From Klebsiella phage PWKp14, in the sequence record MZ634345.1: 48,719 nucleotides of DNA; one strand, written 5' to 3'. The translations under genes were made by a program, and so were the position numbers. Position 1 is the stretch's first letter, and every line of letters begins with the position of its first letter. Under the pieces are notes generated by a model that saw only the letters and a list, made by a program, of their open reading frames with translations, was not told the origin of the DNA and made no database searches. Shown here in pieces: positions 29,337 through 37,967 of the stretch.

Positions 29337-29399
29337 TCCTCCTGGCGTTTGCCGTGCTGGTAGTGGGAATATAGCGCTACCGAAGCGGCGCTATTGTGA

Positions 29400-29513
29400 T
29401 TATTTGCCCTGGCGTGCAAGGTGGCGCTCTTTGAGCTTCTGCCAGTGCCAGCGCATGACGTGTTCGTTATGGTAGTTGCTGGTTGAATATGGATTCTTCT
29501 TGCTCATCTTCAT
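29400..29513 (-). CDS. 37-aa basic micro-protein not in the supplied ORF track
   Basis: MKMSKKNPYSTSNYHNEHVMRWHWQKLKERHLARQGK*; GGAG just upstream (second ATG at 29507 may be the start). Confidence 0.5.
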   Translation of the reverse strand: MKMSKKNPYSTSNYHNEHVMRWHWQKLKERHLARQGK

Positions 29514-29524
29514 CTCCAGGTTGC

Positions 29525-29710
29525 TTACTTGATTCGAACTTCAACTTCAATGTCGGACTGCGGCGCGAAGAGTTGGGCCTTTCCATTAACGCGAATGGTG
29601 AGAATGTTCGCCTTGCGATCTGCTGCGAGAACCAGGCGAAACTTGCCAGCAAACTTGACCATCATGCCCGGCTTAACTTCGCTCATCTTGATAACCTTAT
29701 CCATCTTCAT
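29525..29710 (-). CDS. Small SH3-like beta-barrel candidate
   Basis: 61 aa MKMDKVIKMSEVKPGMMVKFAGKFRLV... Confidence 0.6.
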   Translation of the reverse strand: MKMDKVIKMSEVKPGMMVKFAGKFRLVLAADRKANILTIRVNGKAQLFAPQSDIEVEVRIK

Positions 29711-29736
29711 CACCTCAGTTCGTTGTCGATGGGCAA

Positions 29737-29779
29737 ATAATACCGGATCTCGCCATCGGCGTTTTAGCAAAAAGTGCTA
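29737..29779 (-). promoter_or_regulatory. Palindrome promoter module copy 7
   Basis: TAGCA-CTTTT-TGCTA, N22, TATTAT. Confidence 0.8.
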
Positions 29780-29986
29780 TCTTTCCACCTCGTGCATATC
29801 GCCGACTGAAATGTAATAAGCGATATCAAGGCGGCTCATTGTGGGGTGTGGCCAGCCGCACTCATGCCAGATAACATCGCCCTCGCCTTTAGTCCACATT
29901 GTTTCGCCGTCCCAGCGCCAAAGGCGGTTATTGAGGCGCGATCCGTAGACCGCGCCAGGTTTTACATCGCTCGCCTTAAAATTCAT
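29777..29986 (-). CDS. Hypothetical early protein
   Basis: 69 aa from MNFKASDVKPGAVYG. Confidence 0.6.
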   Translation of the reverse strand: MNFKASDVKPGAVYGSRLNNRLWRWDGETMWTKGEGDVIWHECGWPHPTMSRLDIAYYISVGDMHEVER

Positions 29987-30128
29987 AGTCGACAACCCCG
30001 AACTCGTTAACAATATGCGCCTTGTAAAAGCCACCGTTTGCCGCCAGGTTGTAGCACGCCGCCACGGTCTCGAACTCGCGCACTTCCGGCTTGCTGTTTT
30101 CGTGTTCCCAGGTAATCAGAGTAATCAT
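29976..30128 (-). CDS. 50-aa early micro-protein not in the supplied ORF track
   Basis: MITLITWEHENSKPEVREFETVAACYNLAANGGFYKAHIVNEFGVVDYEF*, overlaps the next gene start and follows promoter module copy 8. Confidence 0.6.
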   Translation of the reverse strand: MITLITWEHENSKPEVREFETVAACYNLAANGGFYKAHIVNEFGVVDYEF

Positions 30129-30159
30129 TTCGCTTTCCTCGCTCGTTGTCGATGAAGAG

Positions 30160-30202
30160 ATAATACCCGATCTCCCTGACCGGGTTTTAGCAAAAAGTGC
30201 TA
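30160..30202 (-). promoter_or_regulatory. Palindrome promoter module copy 8
   Basis: TAGCA-CTTTT-TGCTA, N22, TATTAT. Confidence 0.8.
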
Positions 30203-30799
30203 TTTCGTGGTGGTTGCCTCCTGGCTGATATCGCTGGCGGTCAATCCAAGATTGATAGCCGCGAACAAGTTCGCCTTGTAAATTCCGGTCAGAGCATCCC
30301 CGGCAAAGTCTACGGCAAGAGCGGCCACTAAACCCTTAATCCGCTCCCGCTCAGAGATAGCGCCCTGCCGCCTGTACGCCTCGGCCTCCAGGTGTGAGGC
30401 GGTCGTTGCGTCGAACTCGGTAAAGACGGAGATTAACCCCGCCCCCAGGCTCACGCGCAACACCTCGCCCGGCTCCAGAAGTTTCAGCAACGGCCTGCGG
30501 AAATGGTTGTCGACCGGATTAACGCCGAACTTCTCCGCGAACTCCTCCGCCGTCATCTGGATACGCCGCCCGCCATCCAGGAACATGCGCCGGATCTCGG
30601 AAGAGCGGTTGCCAGTGAATGTACCTTCCGGCTTCGCGGCTTCCTGGCTCCGTCCGGCTGGCCTGGTGGCGTCGCCAAACGTGATGGATTGCAGCCATTC
30701 ATGGTAAGCGGCTTGCTTATCTGCGTCGTACTTCATCCACTCGGACACGTCGACTTCTTCGAACTCATAGCCTTTGTATTGCATTTGTGTTTCCCCCAC
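30200..30799 (-). CDS. Hypothetical early protein (first leftward early gene)
   Basis: 199 aa; directly behind a strong promoter at 30832-30860. Confidence 0.7.
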   Translation of the reverse strand: MGETQMQYKGYEFEEVDVSEWMKYDADKQAAYHEWLQSITFGDATRPAGRSQEAAKPEGTFTGNRSSEIRRMFLDGGRRIQMTAEEFAEKFGVNPVDNHFRRPLLKLLEPGEVLRVSLGAGLISVFTEFDATTASHLEAEAYRRQGAISERERIKGLVAALAVDFAGDALTGIYKANLFAAINLGLTASDISQEATTTK

Positions 30800-30831
30800 A
30801 TTTACGGCGTTTGGTAATGTTTCGGAAGATG

Positions 30832-30860
30832 ATAATACAGGCCGCAGGCCGCGCCGTCAA
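30832..30860 (-). promoter_or_regulatory. Strong sigma70-like early promoter, leftward
   Basis: TTGACG-N17-TATTAT. Confidence 0.78.
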
Positions 30861-30975
30861 AGGGTTCCAGCGTGTTTGGGAAGATTTGCTGTCATCCCCT
30901 ATATATCCCTATGTACATTTTTTCGCGGCGGAACATCTAAAAATTATGGCTTGCGCAAGAGGAATCCATAACCTA

Positions 30976-31104
30976 CCCGGAGAAATCTTACCAAACATAT
31001 ATAAAGATAAAGAGTAATAATAATAATATTATTATTTATCATATACTTACTATCTATATATGGGCTTATATTGGTCAATTTTTGCGCAATTTTTAGGTAA
31101 GATT
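30976..31104. repeat. Copy A of an AT-rich inverted duplicated module
   Basis: Reverse complement closely matches 46079-46208, including a 46-nt identical core (31016-31061) and 19-nt CCCGGAGAAATCTTACCAA (30976-30994). Confidence 0.85.
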
Positions 31105-31211
31105 ATTCCTCCCCCACACTCCCACACGACGTAAATGTTGGCGAAACACAACTAGACGTTTTGCTGGCTTCGATCGGCAAATTGCGTGCATGGTGCATAC
31201 ATTTATGCAAT

Positions 31212-31260
31212 TCGTTGCAAATCATGAAACACTCCCAAAATCGTTGCACAAAATGAAACA
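31212..31260. repeat. Two direct repeats TCGTTGCA-NNNN-ATGAAACA, 29 bp apart
   Basis: 31212-31231 and 31241-31260. Confidence 0.7.
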
Positions 31261-31365
31261 ATCAAAAGCAATCATGATTCGTCAAAACTAATCACCGTGG
31301 AATCAGGTGCAATCACCATCTATTCCACTATTCCGAATCGTTGGAATAATCAGCAATCGCAGGAA

Positions 31366-31408
31366 TAGCATTTTTTGTCAAAAGCCACCCGATCGACTTT
31401 GCTATGAT
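31366..31408 (+). promoter_or_regulatory. Palindrome promoter module copy 9 (variant half-site)
   Basis: TAGCA-TTTTT-TGTCA, N22, TATGAT, then TACTTCAACGAAACG. Confidence 0.7.
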
Positions 31409-31447
31409 TACTTCAACGAAACGAATTGAGCCAAAGGGGCTAAAGCT

Positions 31448-31729
31448 ATGAAACTTCAACGCGAATCAATCAACCTGGGCAGCGAGTATAACGGCAAGTG
31501 GAACTTCGTTATCATGGATAGCGACGCCGACAAGATCGAAGCGGTCGAGGAAGCGTTATGCGAAATGGCCACTGGATTCTCTGTCGGTGGGGAAGAGAAA
31601 ACCTGGGGCGACTACTGCGACCAATGCCCTTGCTATGATGATGGCTATGGCTCCGGCTTCTGGATTCCGGTCGAAGATGTTCCGGCCTTCAAAGAAGCAT
31701 ACAAGGCAGCGAAGAAAGCAGTGAAATAA
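31448..31729 (+). CDS. Hypothetical early protein
   Basis: 93 aa. Confidence 0.7.
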   Translation: MKLQRESINLGSEYNGKWNFVIMDSDADKIEAVEEALCEMATGFSVGGEEKTWGDYCDQCPCYDDGYGSGFWIPVEDVPAFKEAYKAAKKAVK

Positions 31730-31770
31730 GCACGAATTGCTAAACGCCGGGCCGCGAGGCCTGGTATAGT
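31728..31770 (+). promoter_or_regulatory. Palindrome promoter module copy 10
   Basis: AAGCA-CGAAT-TGCTA, N22, TATAGT, then TAACCCATCGAAAC. Confidence 0.75.
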
Positions 31771-31801
31771 TAACCCATCGAAACCAGTCAGGAGATTAAC
31801 C

Positions 31802-31996
31802 ATGAAAGCATTCGCGGATGTAGTCGTCGGGGATAAAATTCAATATGGCGCAAGCGATCTGTTCCGTACCGTAACCGATATCGAGAAGGGGCGCGGCGTC
31901 AATGGATTTACTGTCTTCGTGGTGCTCGACGGCGTTGCACGATTTGCGGTTGACGCTCGTGATTGGGTTTTCTGCATCGAGAAGAGCCAGGTATGA
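31802..31996 (+). CDS. Hypothetical early protein
   Basis: 64 aa; ATGA overlap with next gene. Confidence 0.65.
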   Translation: MKAFADVVVGDKIQYGASDLFRTVTDIEKGRGVNGFTVFVVLDGVARFAVDARDWVFCIEKSQV

Positions 31997-32232
31997 GGAA
32001 ACGGCGGGCCGGGGAGGTGGTTTGCACCTGTGATGCTTACTCCTTCCCTCATCGAATGTTCGGCGGTTCATGCAACGGGATCGCCATTGTCATTGCCAGT
32101 GTTGGCGGTGCGGAGTGCCAGCATTGCCAGCTACTGAATAACGGGTCGTGCGAGGTGCTCGCGGGTATCGAGAACCCGATCGAATGCCATTACGTCGCCG
32201 ACTTCATCCACCAAAACGAGGTTAAAATATAA
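31993..32232 (+). CDS. Hypothetical Cys-rich early protein
   Basis: 79 aa from MRKRRAGEVVCTCDAYSF; CTCD, CQHC pattern. Confidence 0.6.
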   Translation: MRKRRAGEVVCTCDAYSFPHRMFGGSCNGIAIVIASVGGAECQHCQLLNNGSCEVLAGIENPIECHYVADFIHQNEVKI

Positions 32233-32609
32233 TGCGAACAGTTACCATTTCTAACAGCTTTTCCTACATCATCGGATCGCCTGAAGAGCGTATCAAAGCC
32301 ATCCGCGACAAGGCGACCAATGACGTTACCGATGCCTTCAGCGCTGCGGCCAAAGCTGCGATCACGCATTACTACGGTCGTGGCCCGGAAGAGTTCAGTG
32401 CAGACAGTGCGCCTTTCCTGGTTGTCAAAAAGGAAGGCGGTAATGTATGGCAAATCAACGACAAGCAGACTGGCGAGTTTATTTTCGGATCGGTTCCGTG
32501 TCGGGTAGGAAGCAACGATGTTACCATCCAGGAACTCGGCGAAAAAGAACCTCGCGTTCAGCGCACGATCTACATCAGCCAGGATTACGCGACCTGCGTT
32601 CCGGCATAG
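32232..32609 (+). CDS. Hypothetical early protein
   Basis: 125 aa. Confidence 0.65.
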   Translation: MRTVTISNSFSYIIGSPEERIKAIRDKATNDVTDAFSAAAKAAITHYYGRGPEEFSADSAPFLVVKKEGGNVWQINDKQTGEFIFGSVPCRVGSNDVTIQELGEKEPRVQRTIYISQDYATCVPA

Positions 32610-32649
32610 CACGTTTTGCTAAAACAACATTGCGGGATAGTGGCATACT
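32607..32649 (+). promoter_or_regulatory. Palindrome promoter module copy 11
   Basis: TAGCA-CGTTT-TGCTA, N22, CATACT. Confidence 0.78.
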
Positions 32650-32681
32650 ATCCCCACACCAACAAGCGAAGGAGCTACACA

Positions 32682-32909
32682 ATGAACCATCCGAAGACTG
32701 ATTCCATTCTCGCCGTCCTGAACGCACATGGCCGCGTCGTTCTCCGCATGAACCGCGCCTCCGGCTTCACTCAGATCACGATCACGAAGTCGAAAGGCCG
32801 CTACATCATCGGGACGGTTCCGGGCGGTCGCCTCGTTCAGTCCTCCCTGGCTGGCGTCACGCTGACGCTGGAATCGAACAGAATGTTCATTGAGGCGTGG
32901 AAAGCATGA
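32682..32909 (+). CDS. Hypothetical early protein
   Basis: 75 aa from MNHPKTDSILAVLN; ATGA overlap with next gene. Confidence 0.6.
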   Translation: MNHPKTDSILAVLNAHGRVVLRMNRASGFTQITITKSKGRYIIGTVPGGRLVQSSLAGVTLTLESNRMFIEAWKA

Positions 32910-33598
32910 AAGAAAAGGTTATTTACTGCATGTTCGACGGCTCAGGCATCATGGGCCTGCCGTGGGCCATCAAGGGATGCAAGGTGTATTGCTTCAATGC
33001 CGACTCCGGCGACCACGGAGAATACAGCATTCGAATGGTTCACCCCAATATCCAGTATGTTAACATTTGGATCGACAAGGATTTTGACGTGAAGCGATCG
33101 GTTCTCGGCGTTCCAGATCCTGACTTCATTTTCGCGTTCCCGTCATGCACGCTGTTAGCGCATAGCGGAATCAAGCACGTAAGGCAAGGTAATGACGTTC
33201 TATCAGCCGCAGATGATGCGAAGATGGTCGAGCAATTAGGCAATAAGTATGGTTGCCCCTGGATGGTCGAAAACCCGGTTGGAAAATTGTCGTCACTATG
33301 GCGCAAGCCTGACTTCTATTTTCACCCGCGCGACTTTGGCGGCTATGTTTCTCCGAACGAACCTGTGTGGCATCCAAAAATGCCCCACTGTGACAATTAC
33401 ACGAAGAAAACGTGCATATGGCACGGAAACGGTTTTGTCGAACCGAAACGGCTACCTCCGCCGGATGGAGTAGAAGGCGTGAATTTCTTTTGGGCCTGGA
33501 AGTTTTTGGGCGGAAGGTCAGAAAGGACTAAAATGCTGCGCTCAATTACTCCGCGAGGTTTTGCCCGCGCCGTGTTCCAGGCGAATTATCGAGAATAG
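32906..33598 (+). CDS. C5-methyltransferase-like (Dcm-fold) protein with non-canonical motifs
   Basis: FDGSGIMGLPWAIKGCKVYCFNAD (SAM-binding-like), FPSCT in place of PCQ, MVENP in place of ENV, C-terminal TPRGFARAVFQANY. Confidence 0.6.
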   Translation: MKEKVIYCMFDGSGIMGLPWAIKGCKVYCFNADSGDHGEYSIRMVHPNIQYVNIWIDKDFDVKRSVLGVPDPDFIFAFPSCTLLAHSGIKHVRQGNDVLSAADDAKMVEQLGNKYGCPWMVENPVGKLSSLWRKPDFYFHPRDFGGYVSPNEPVWHPKMPHCDNYTKKTCIWHGNGFVEPKRLPPPDGVEGVNFFWAWKFLGGRSERTKMLRSITPRGFARAVFQANYRE

Positions 33599-33638
33599 CA
33601 CGAATTGCTAAAACTACCCGGCGAAAGTCGGGTAGCAT
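33596..33638 (+). promoter_or_regulatory. Palindrome promoter module copy 12
   Basis: TAGCA-CGAAT-TGCTA, N22, TAGCAT, then TACCCCATCGAAACG. Confidence 0.78.
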
Positions 33639-33670
33639 TACCCCATCGAAACGCAACGGAGTAAACGGAA

Positions 33671-33874
33671 ATGAAATTTATTATCTTGATGATGTTAACT
33701 ATTTTGTGTATGTCCGGGCCTGGTGGTTTTATCTTTGCCGTCATGCTGTTAGTCGTTGCCGGGATTATTGATGTTCGTCATCACCACGTAATGACTGATT
33801 TAAGGCTTAATCGGCTGATTAATGATATCAAGGCCGCTTGCGAAGGCATGGAAATAAAGGTGGTGAAGAAATGA
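33671..33874 (+). CDS. Small membrane protein, hypothetical
   Basis: 67 aa, long N-terminal hydrophobic region. Confidence 0.65.
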   Translation: MKFIILMMLTILCMSGPGGFIFAVMLLVVAGIIDVRHHHVMTDLRLNRLINDIKAACEGMEIKVVKK

Positions 33875-34053
33875 TATCTCAAAAACTCGCCGAAGTATGC
33901 CGCGAAGTTCTCAGGATGAATAATGGCGGCGCAACCCTGACTGCGATGCAAAATAAAATTGAGTCGCACGTTGGCTTTAAATTGAGTTGCAGAAATAAAG
34001 CTGACTTTCTGGATCTGGTTAACCTGTATATCGAGATGGGAGAAAGAAAATAA
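33871..34053 (+). CDS. Hypothetical early protein
   Basis: 60 aa; ATGA overlap. Confidence 0.6.
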   Translation: MISQKLAEVCREVLRMNNGGATLTAMQNKIESHVGFKLSCRNKADFLDLVNLYIEMGERK

Positions 34054-34491
34054 ATGGCGAAGTCAATCAAGATTAAATGCACGTCAAGCCGTGCCGTTAA
34101 TATCCATGAAAACAACCTTTATTCCGCCCGCGTCGACGATGAAGGCAACGTGTCAATGATGGTATATAACAGCGTCGAACTGAAGAAGAAGCGCGTTATT
34201 TTGTCGGTGGGCGTTAGCGGCGAGTTGTTTATTGCTGGCGACGGCGGCCAGGTGGTTGCGACGTTCATCGAACTCAAAACCAAAACGCTAAAATGCGTCG
34301 GCCTTGACCATAGCAACCCGATGAAAAAATCCTTCAGCGTAGGCAAGCGCTACCAGGTAGAAAGCGGTCGTGCGCTCGGTGCGATTGCTGGCTACATCTT
34401 CGACCGTGACGGATGCCGCTGGACGCTGTACCGCGAGGAAGTTGGCTTCAGTGTATCGGACGGAACGACTTTCGAAGCTAAATACCTGTGA
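34054..34491 (+). CDS. Hypothetical beta-rich early protein
   Basis: 145 aa. Confidence 0.65.
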   Translation: MAKSIKIKCTSSRAVNIHENNLYSARVDDEGNVSMMVYNSVELKKKRVILSVGVSGELFIAGDGGQVVATFIELKTKTLKCVGLDHSNPMKKSFSVGKRYQVESGRALGAIAGYIFDRDGCRWTLYREEVGFSVSDGTTFEAKYL

Positions 34492-34616
34492 CGGGTTCGG
34501 GGCCATGCGCCCCGATAATCCAAGCGCGTTTTTCAAGCGTGTTTAGATTATCACTGGATCTCGGATTTAATACGGCATATGATTAGCCGAACGATTAACC
34601 AATCAGGAGCAGGGGC

Positions 34617-36185
34617 ATGTTTTTAAATGACCGCGTGTCACCGCAAGATATTATCGCCATCGCAGAAAGGGAGGGTATCAGTCCTCTGCGCGTTGCGATT
34701 CGTGCGAACGGGTATCGTGACTCCGTTTCATTCTGGCCAAAACCGAAAGATATCGACGTTAACGCGGATAAATACCCAACAATCTCGATCGCCAATGATT
34801 ACGATGTGGTCGGCAAGTTGGCGCTAAATGCCGCACGTTCTGTTCAGTTCCCGGAATCATCCGCTTACATGCACTTTCTCGGAACCGTGTCCGCCGCGAT
34901 GATGGGTCGCTTTTGGGTCGAGTACCACGGCAGCGAGCAACCGACAACGCTGTACGTCATCACGTCGCAGCCGCCTTCCGCTGGTAAGTCTGCCATTAAC
35001 TCGCTGGCCATCGATCCGATCGTCGCCGAAGTCGAGCGCATTAACGAGTCGCGCAAGAAAGAGCGCAAGAAAATCATGGCGAAGCTGTCCGCCAACAAGC
35101 AGGCGCTTAAAGGGGAGTTGTCGCAATCTGATATGGTGAAACTTTTCGAAGATCGTGACGAACTGGAAGAGAAACTTGAAAAATTATGCGATCTAACTTT
35201 CCCGGTATCCGATACCACCCCGGAAGGCCTAGCGAAGATTAACAACCGCCAGGGCAACTTTGCCGTTATCTCGGATGAGGCGACGGCGGTTAACAGCCTT
35301 TTGGGGATCACGTATGGCAACGACGGCGGCAAGAAGACGAACAGCGAACTGGTGCTCAAAGCATGGGATAAGGGTCACGTATCGATCGCTCGTGCCGACG
35401 TTAGCAATAATATGTCATTCGTGGCTTTGGGCTGCATTTGCGTAATTGCACAGGATGAAACCATCGACGCCATCATGCAAGCGGGTTCTCGCGGGATCGG
35501 TGTCTCGGAGCGTTTCCTTTTGGTTCGTGAGCAAACCCGTTTGGGCGAACGCGTGTTCATCGACGAAAACGGGAATTCGACCTATGAGCCGATCGACCAG
35601 TCACTGAAGGCAGATTACTTCCGGCTGATTCATGACATTATGAGCGAATCAAACGTTAAGTTGCAGGTTACTGACGCGGCAATGCGGAGACTGAACAAGG
35701 CCCGCCAGGAGTTAGAACCGGAGTTAGGTGACGGCGGCAAGTATTCGCATACAATGCTTCGCGGCGCGATGGGTAAGTTTGATAAGCAGGTTATGCGCCT
35801 GGCGTCAGTGATTCACACGATCCGGAACTGGCAACCCGGCGGGAAGCGCTCGAAGAAGATCGACACGGCGACCATTGACGAAGCGATCATCATGTTCCAT
35901 GAATTGAGCAAAACGTATTTGTCATCGGCTGACTCTTCCGGCTTTGCTGGTGAGGGAGCGGAAATTAAAGCGCTGTATGACGTTATCGCAAGTCGTTGCA
36001 AGCAGGCAAAAGGTGTTATGACCGTCCAGGGAATTTATAACGCCTGCCGCAACCTGAAGATCTTCAAAGGTCAGGCCGGGGTGAGCAAAAAGATTAAGGA
36101 ACGCTTATTGCCGAAGATGGAGGAATTAGGCTTTATCTGCGTGATGGATTCCGAAGTCTTTATCAACCCGTCGTTCATGAGGTAA
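34617..36185 (+). CDS. DUF3987-like replication-associated ATPase
   Basis: 522 aa; Walker A-like SQPPSAGKSAINS, FAVISDEATAVNSLL. Confidence 0.78.
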   Translation: MFLNDRVSPQDIIAIAEREGISPLRVAIRANGYRDSVSFWPKPKDIDVNADKYPTISIANDYDVVGKLALNAARSVQFPESSAYMHFLGTVSAAMMGRFWVEYHGSEQPTTLYVITSQPPSAGKSAINSLAIDPIVAEVERINESRKKERKKIMAKLSANKQALKGELSQSDMVKLFEDRDELEEKLEKLCDLTFPVSDTTPEGLAKINNRQGNFAVISDEATAVNSLLGITYGNDGGKKTNSELVLKAWDKGHVSIARADVSNNMSFVALGCICVIAQDETIDAIMQAGSRGIGVSERFLLVREQTRLGERVFIDENGNSTYEPIDQSLKADYFRLIHDIMSESNVKLQVTDAAMRRLNKARQELEPELGDGGKYSHTMLRGAMGKFDKQVMRLASVIHTIRNWQPGGKRSKKIDTATIDEAIIMFHELSKTYLSSADSSGFAGEGAEIKALYDVIASRCKQAKGVMTVQGIYNACRNLKIFKGQAGVSKKIKERLLPKMEELGFICVMDSEVFINPSFMR

Positions 36186-36188
36186 TTG

Positions 36189-36650
36189 ATGTTCATTCTT
36201 GACATTTACAAGTTCTGCGAATCTCGCCGGGAATTCACCCGGCAGGATTTTGCGAAGTTCGTCTATATGCACCGCGAAGCGCCTCGCCTGGCAAAAGCCG
36301 CCAACGTGTCGCAACGCATGTTCGCCTCAATGGTCTCTAAGGAGTTTTTAGCACGAAGCTATACGAATGGATACCTTGACGGAAAAAACGGCGCTGTGTG
36401 GTGTACGGGGCCGGATAACAGGGAAATAGGTTTTGATTTCCGGTCGTTCGATGGGATGGATAACCGATATATGTGGGAGATGATGCACCTTGACCAACTC
36501 AGTGATGAACAGCTTTTCGGGAAACCAGGTGGAAGATCTGATAACGGAAGTTCACAGGCTTGTTTGTGTGAAACAGATCACACCAGAAAATTACTTGCGT
36601 GCCGCGCTCATCTTGCTCTATCAAGGAATGGCCGCAACCAACACGGTTGA
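36189..36650 (+). CDS. Hypothetical protein, overlaps next ORF out of frame
   Basis: 153 aa from MFILDIYKFCE; N-terminal part looks protein-like. Confidence 0.55.
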   Translation: MFILDIYKFCESRREFTRQDFAKFVYMHREAPRLAKAANVSQRMFASMVSKEFLARSYTNGYLDGKNGAVWCTGPDNREIGFDFRSFDGMDNRYMWEMMHLDQLSDEQLFGKPGGRSDNGSSQACLCETDHTRKLLACRAHLALSRNGRNQHG

Positions 36651-36708
36651 GCATGGGCTTAACGATGAAGACGGAGTAGCGCTATTGCACGTCAAACGGT
36701 ACATATAG
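36505..36708 (+). CDS. Hypothetical small protein
   Basis: MNSFSGNQVEDLITEVHRLVCVKQITPENYLRAALILLYQGM...; ends at a terminator. Confidence 0.5.
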   Translation: MNSFSGNQVEDLITEVHRLVCVKQITPENYLRAALILLYQGMAATNTVEHGLNDEDGVALLHVKRYI

Positions 36709-36710
36709 AA

Positions 36711-36731
36711 AAAGGGGCATTACGCCCCTTT
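36711..36731. terminator. Bidirectional terminator between convergent operons
   Basis: AAAGGGGC-ATTAC-GCCCCTTT followed by GTTTTTTC. Confidence 0.8.
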
Positions 36732-37145
36732 GTTTTTTCTTTCCCGCCAAAGGCTGAACACCCCAATCGCCAGCATTACTACCCCAACACCACCAATCAG
36801 CCACGGAATCAGGCTTCCGCTTTCATCATTCCGGATCTCGATCTTGTCCGCCGTAATCTGGTTGGCGTGAATGCTGGAGGTCGTTACAGATTTCTTGTTC
36901 GACGTGTCAACCTTCCCTACCGCCGACTCTTTGAACGTGGTCTCCTGCTTGCTCGACGTGTCCGTTTTGTTCGTCACGCCAACCGCCTGTTTCACGTTCT
37001 CCGCGCCGACTTGCGCCGTCATATCCGGCTTGCTACCAACCAGATCGGAAAGGATTGGTACGCTTGACGCGCAACCGGAAACGACGGCAGCCGCCCACAC
37101 GATAAAGCCGATGGCCAGCGCTCGTTGAAAGTTTAATGTGCTCAT
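36720..37145 (-). CDS. Unimolecular spanin (T1 gp11 type)
   Basis: 141 aa; lipobox VVSGC at the N-terminus and a C-terminal transmembrane segment ([23 protein letters not shown]). Confidence 0.8.
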   Translation of the reverse strand: MSTLNFQRALAIGFIVWAAAVVSGCASSVPILSDLVGSKPDMTAQVGAENVKQAVGVTNKTDTSSKQETTFKESAVGKVDTSNKKSVTTSSIHANQITADKIEIRNDESGSLIPWLIGGVGVVMLAIGVFSLWRERKNKGA

Positions 37146-37624
37146 TTCAGATCCTTAATGCATAGTTGATATTCCTGAACCCGGCGATTATACAAGCCTT
37201 TTGACTTCTCCATTTTACCCGTTTTCGGGTTGCGGTAGTACGTCCAGCGATATAGCTGCTCGCACGCTTCGCGCAATCGGCCCTGGTTCGTTAATTTCAG
37301 CATGGTGCTGCCAGAATATGCACCGCCGCCAGCGTTGAAAGTAAAGCTGTACATCGACGCCCTGAAGGTGTCCGGAACATCGACTTTGATTTTACTGTCA
37401 ACGGTTCGCTTCGCCACCTGGATATGCTTGGTTAAAAGCGCGTCGCACTCTGACCGGGTATAGGTTTTTCCCTTGATAACGTCCGGGCCTGTGATGCCTT
37501 CGCATACAGTTGGGACGCCAGCGATATCCATATAAACATTGTATTTCGTGTCCTCCACTTCGGGGAGGAACGCGACCGCGATCGCCACCGCCGCCGCGAA
37601 AGTAAGCCGCGTTTTCATTCCCAT
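37142..37624 (-). CDS. SAR endolysin (glycoside hydrolase 24 type)
   Basis: [20 protein letters not shown]-like segment; [24 protein letters not shown] catalytic region. Confidence 0.85.
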   Translation of the reverse strand: MGMKTRLTFAAAVAIAVAFLPEVEDTKYNVYMDIAGVPTVCEGITGPDVIKGKTYTRSECDALLTKHIQVAKRTVDSKIKVDVPDTFRASMYSFTFNAGGGAYSGSTMLKLTNQGRLREACEQLYRWTYYRNPKTGKMEKSKGLYNRRVQEYQLCIKDLK

Positions 37625-37625
37625 T

Positions 37626-37841
37626 TTATTTGCTCCTGATCTTCATCGCCGTTTTGATATCCCCGACTTCCAGCGCTTCACGAAGCGCCTTTGAATCTCG
37701 CCAGCGCAACCACGCGCCGAAGGAGCCGAATAGAATCATGAAAAATAAGCCAATGGCAGCAATGATTAATTGCCCGGTTGCAGATCCCGCGAGGGCAACG
37801 CCACCGCTGCTATTGGTTGCCGCGTTGATGAATTCTCGCAT
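37626..37841 (-). CDS. Holin / pinholin-like protein
   Basis: 71 aa from [14 protein letters not shown]; hydrophobic helix; adjacent to endolysin. Confidence 0.7.
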   Translation of the reverse strand: MREFINAATNSSGGVALAGSATGQLIIAAIGLFFMILFGSFGAWLRWRDSKALREALEVGDIKTAMKIRSK

Positions 37842-37904
37842 GATATGCAACCTCTGTTAGTTAAATGGTAAGGTGATGATATATTCATTTGGCCAAATTA
37901 AGAA

Positions 37905-37933
37905 CAAAAAAAAGGGAACCCGTCAAGGTTCCC
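37905..37933 (-). terminator. Rho-independent terminator upstream of the lysis cassette
   Basis: Minus strand GGGAACC-TTGACG-GGTTCCC-TTTTTTTT. Confidence 0.88.
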
Positions 37934-37967
37934 AATCGTTAAGGTGGTGATAATAAAGGCATTAACT

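Noticed and set aside
31017-31038. TAA/ATT trinucleotide run as a simple microsatellite or CRISPR-like array
   Set aside because: It is part of the larger 130-bp duplicated module; no spacer-repeat structure and no cas genes.
34540-34590. Possible extra palindrome promoter module before the DUF3987 gene
   Set aside because: TAATAC has a GTTTA at the right spacing, but the upstream half-site does not match; too weak to count.
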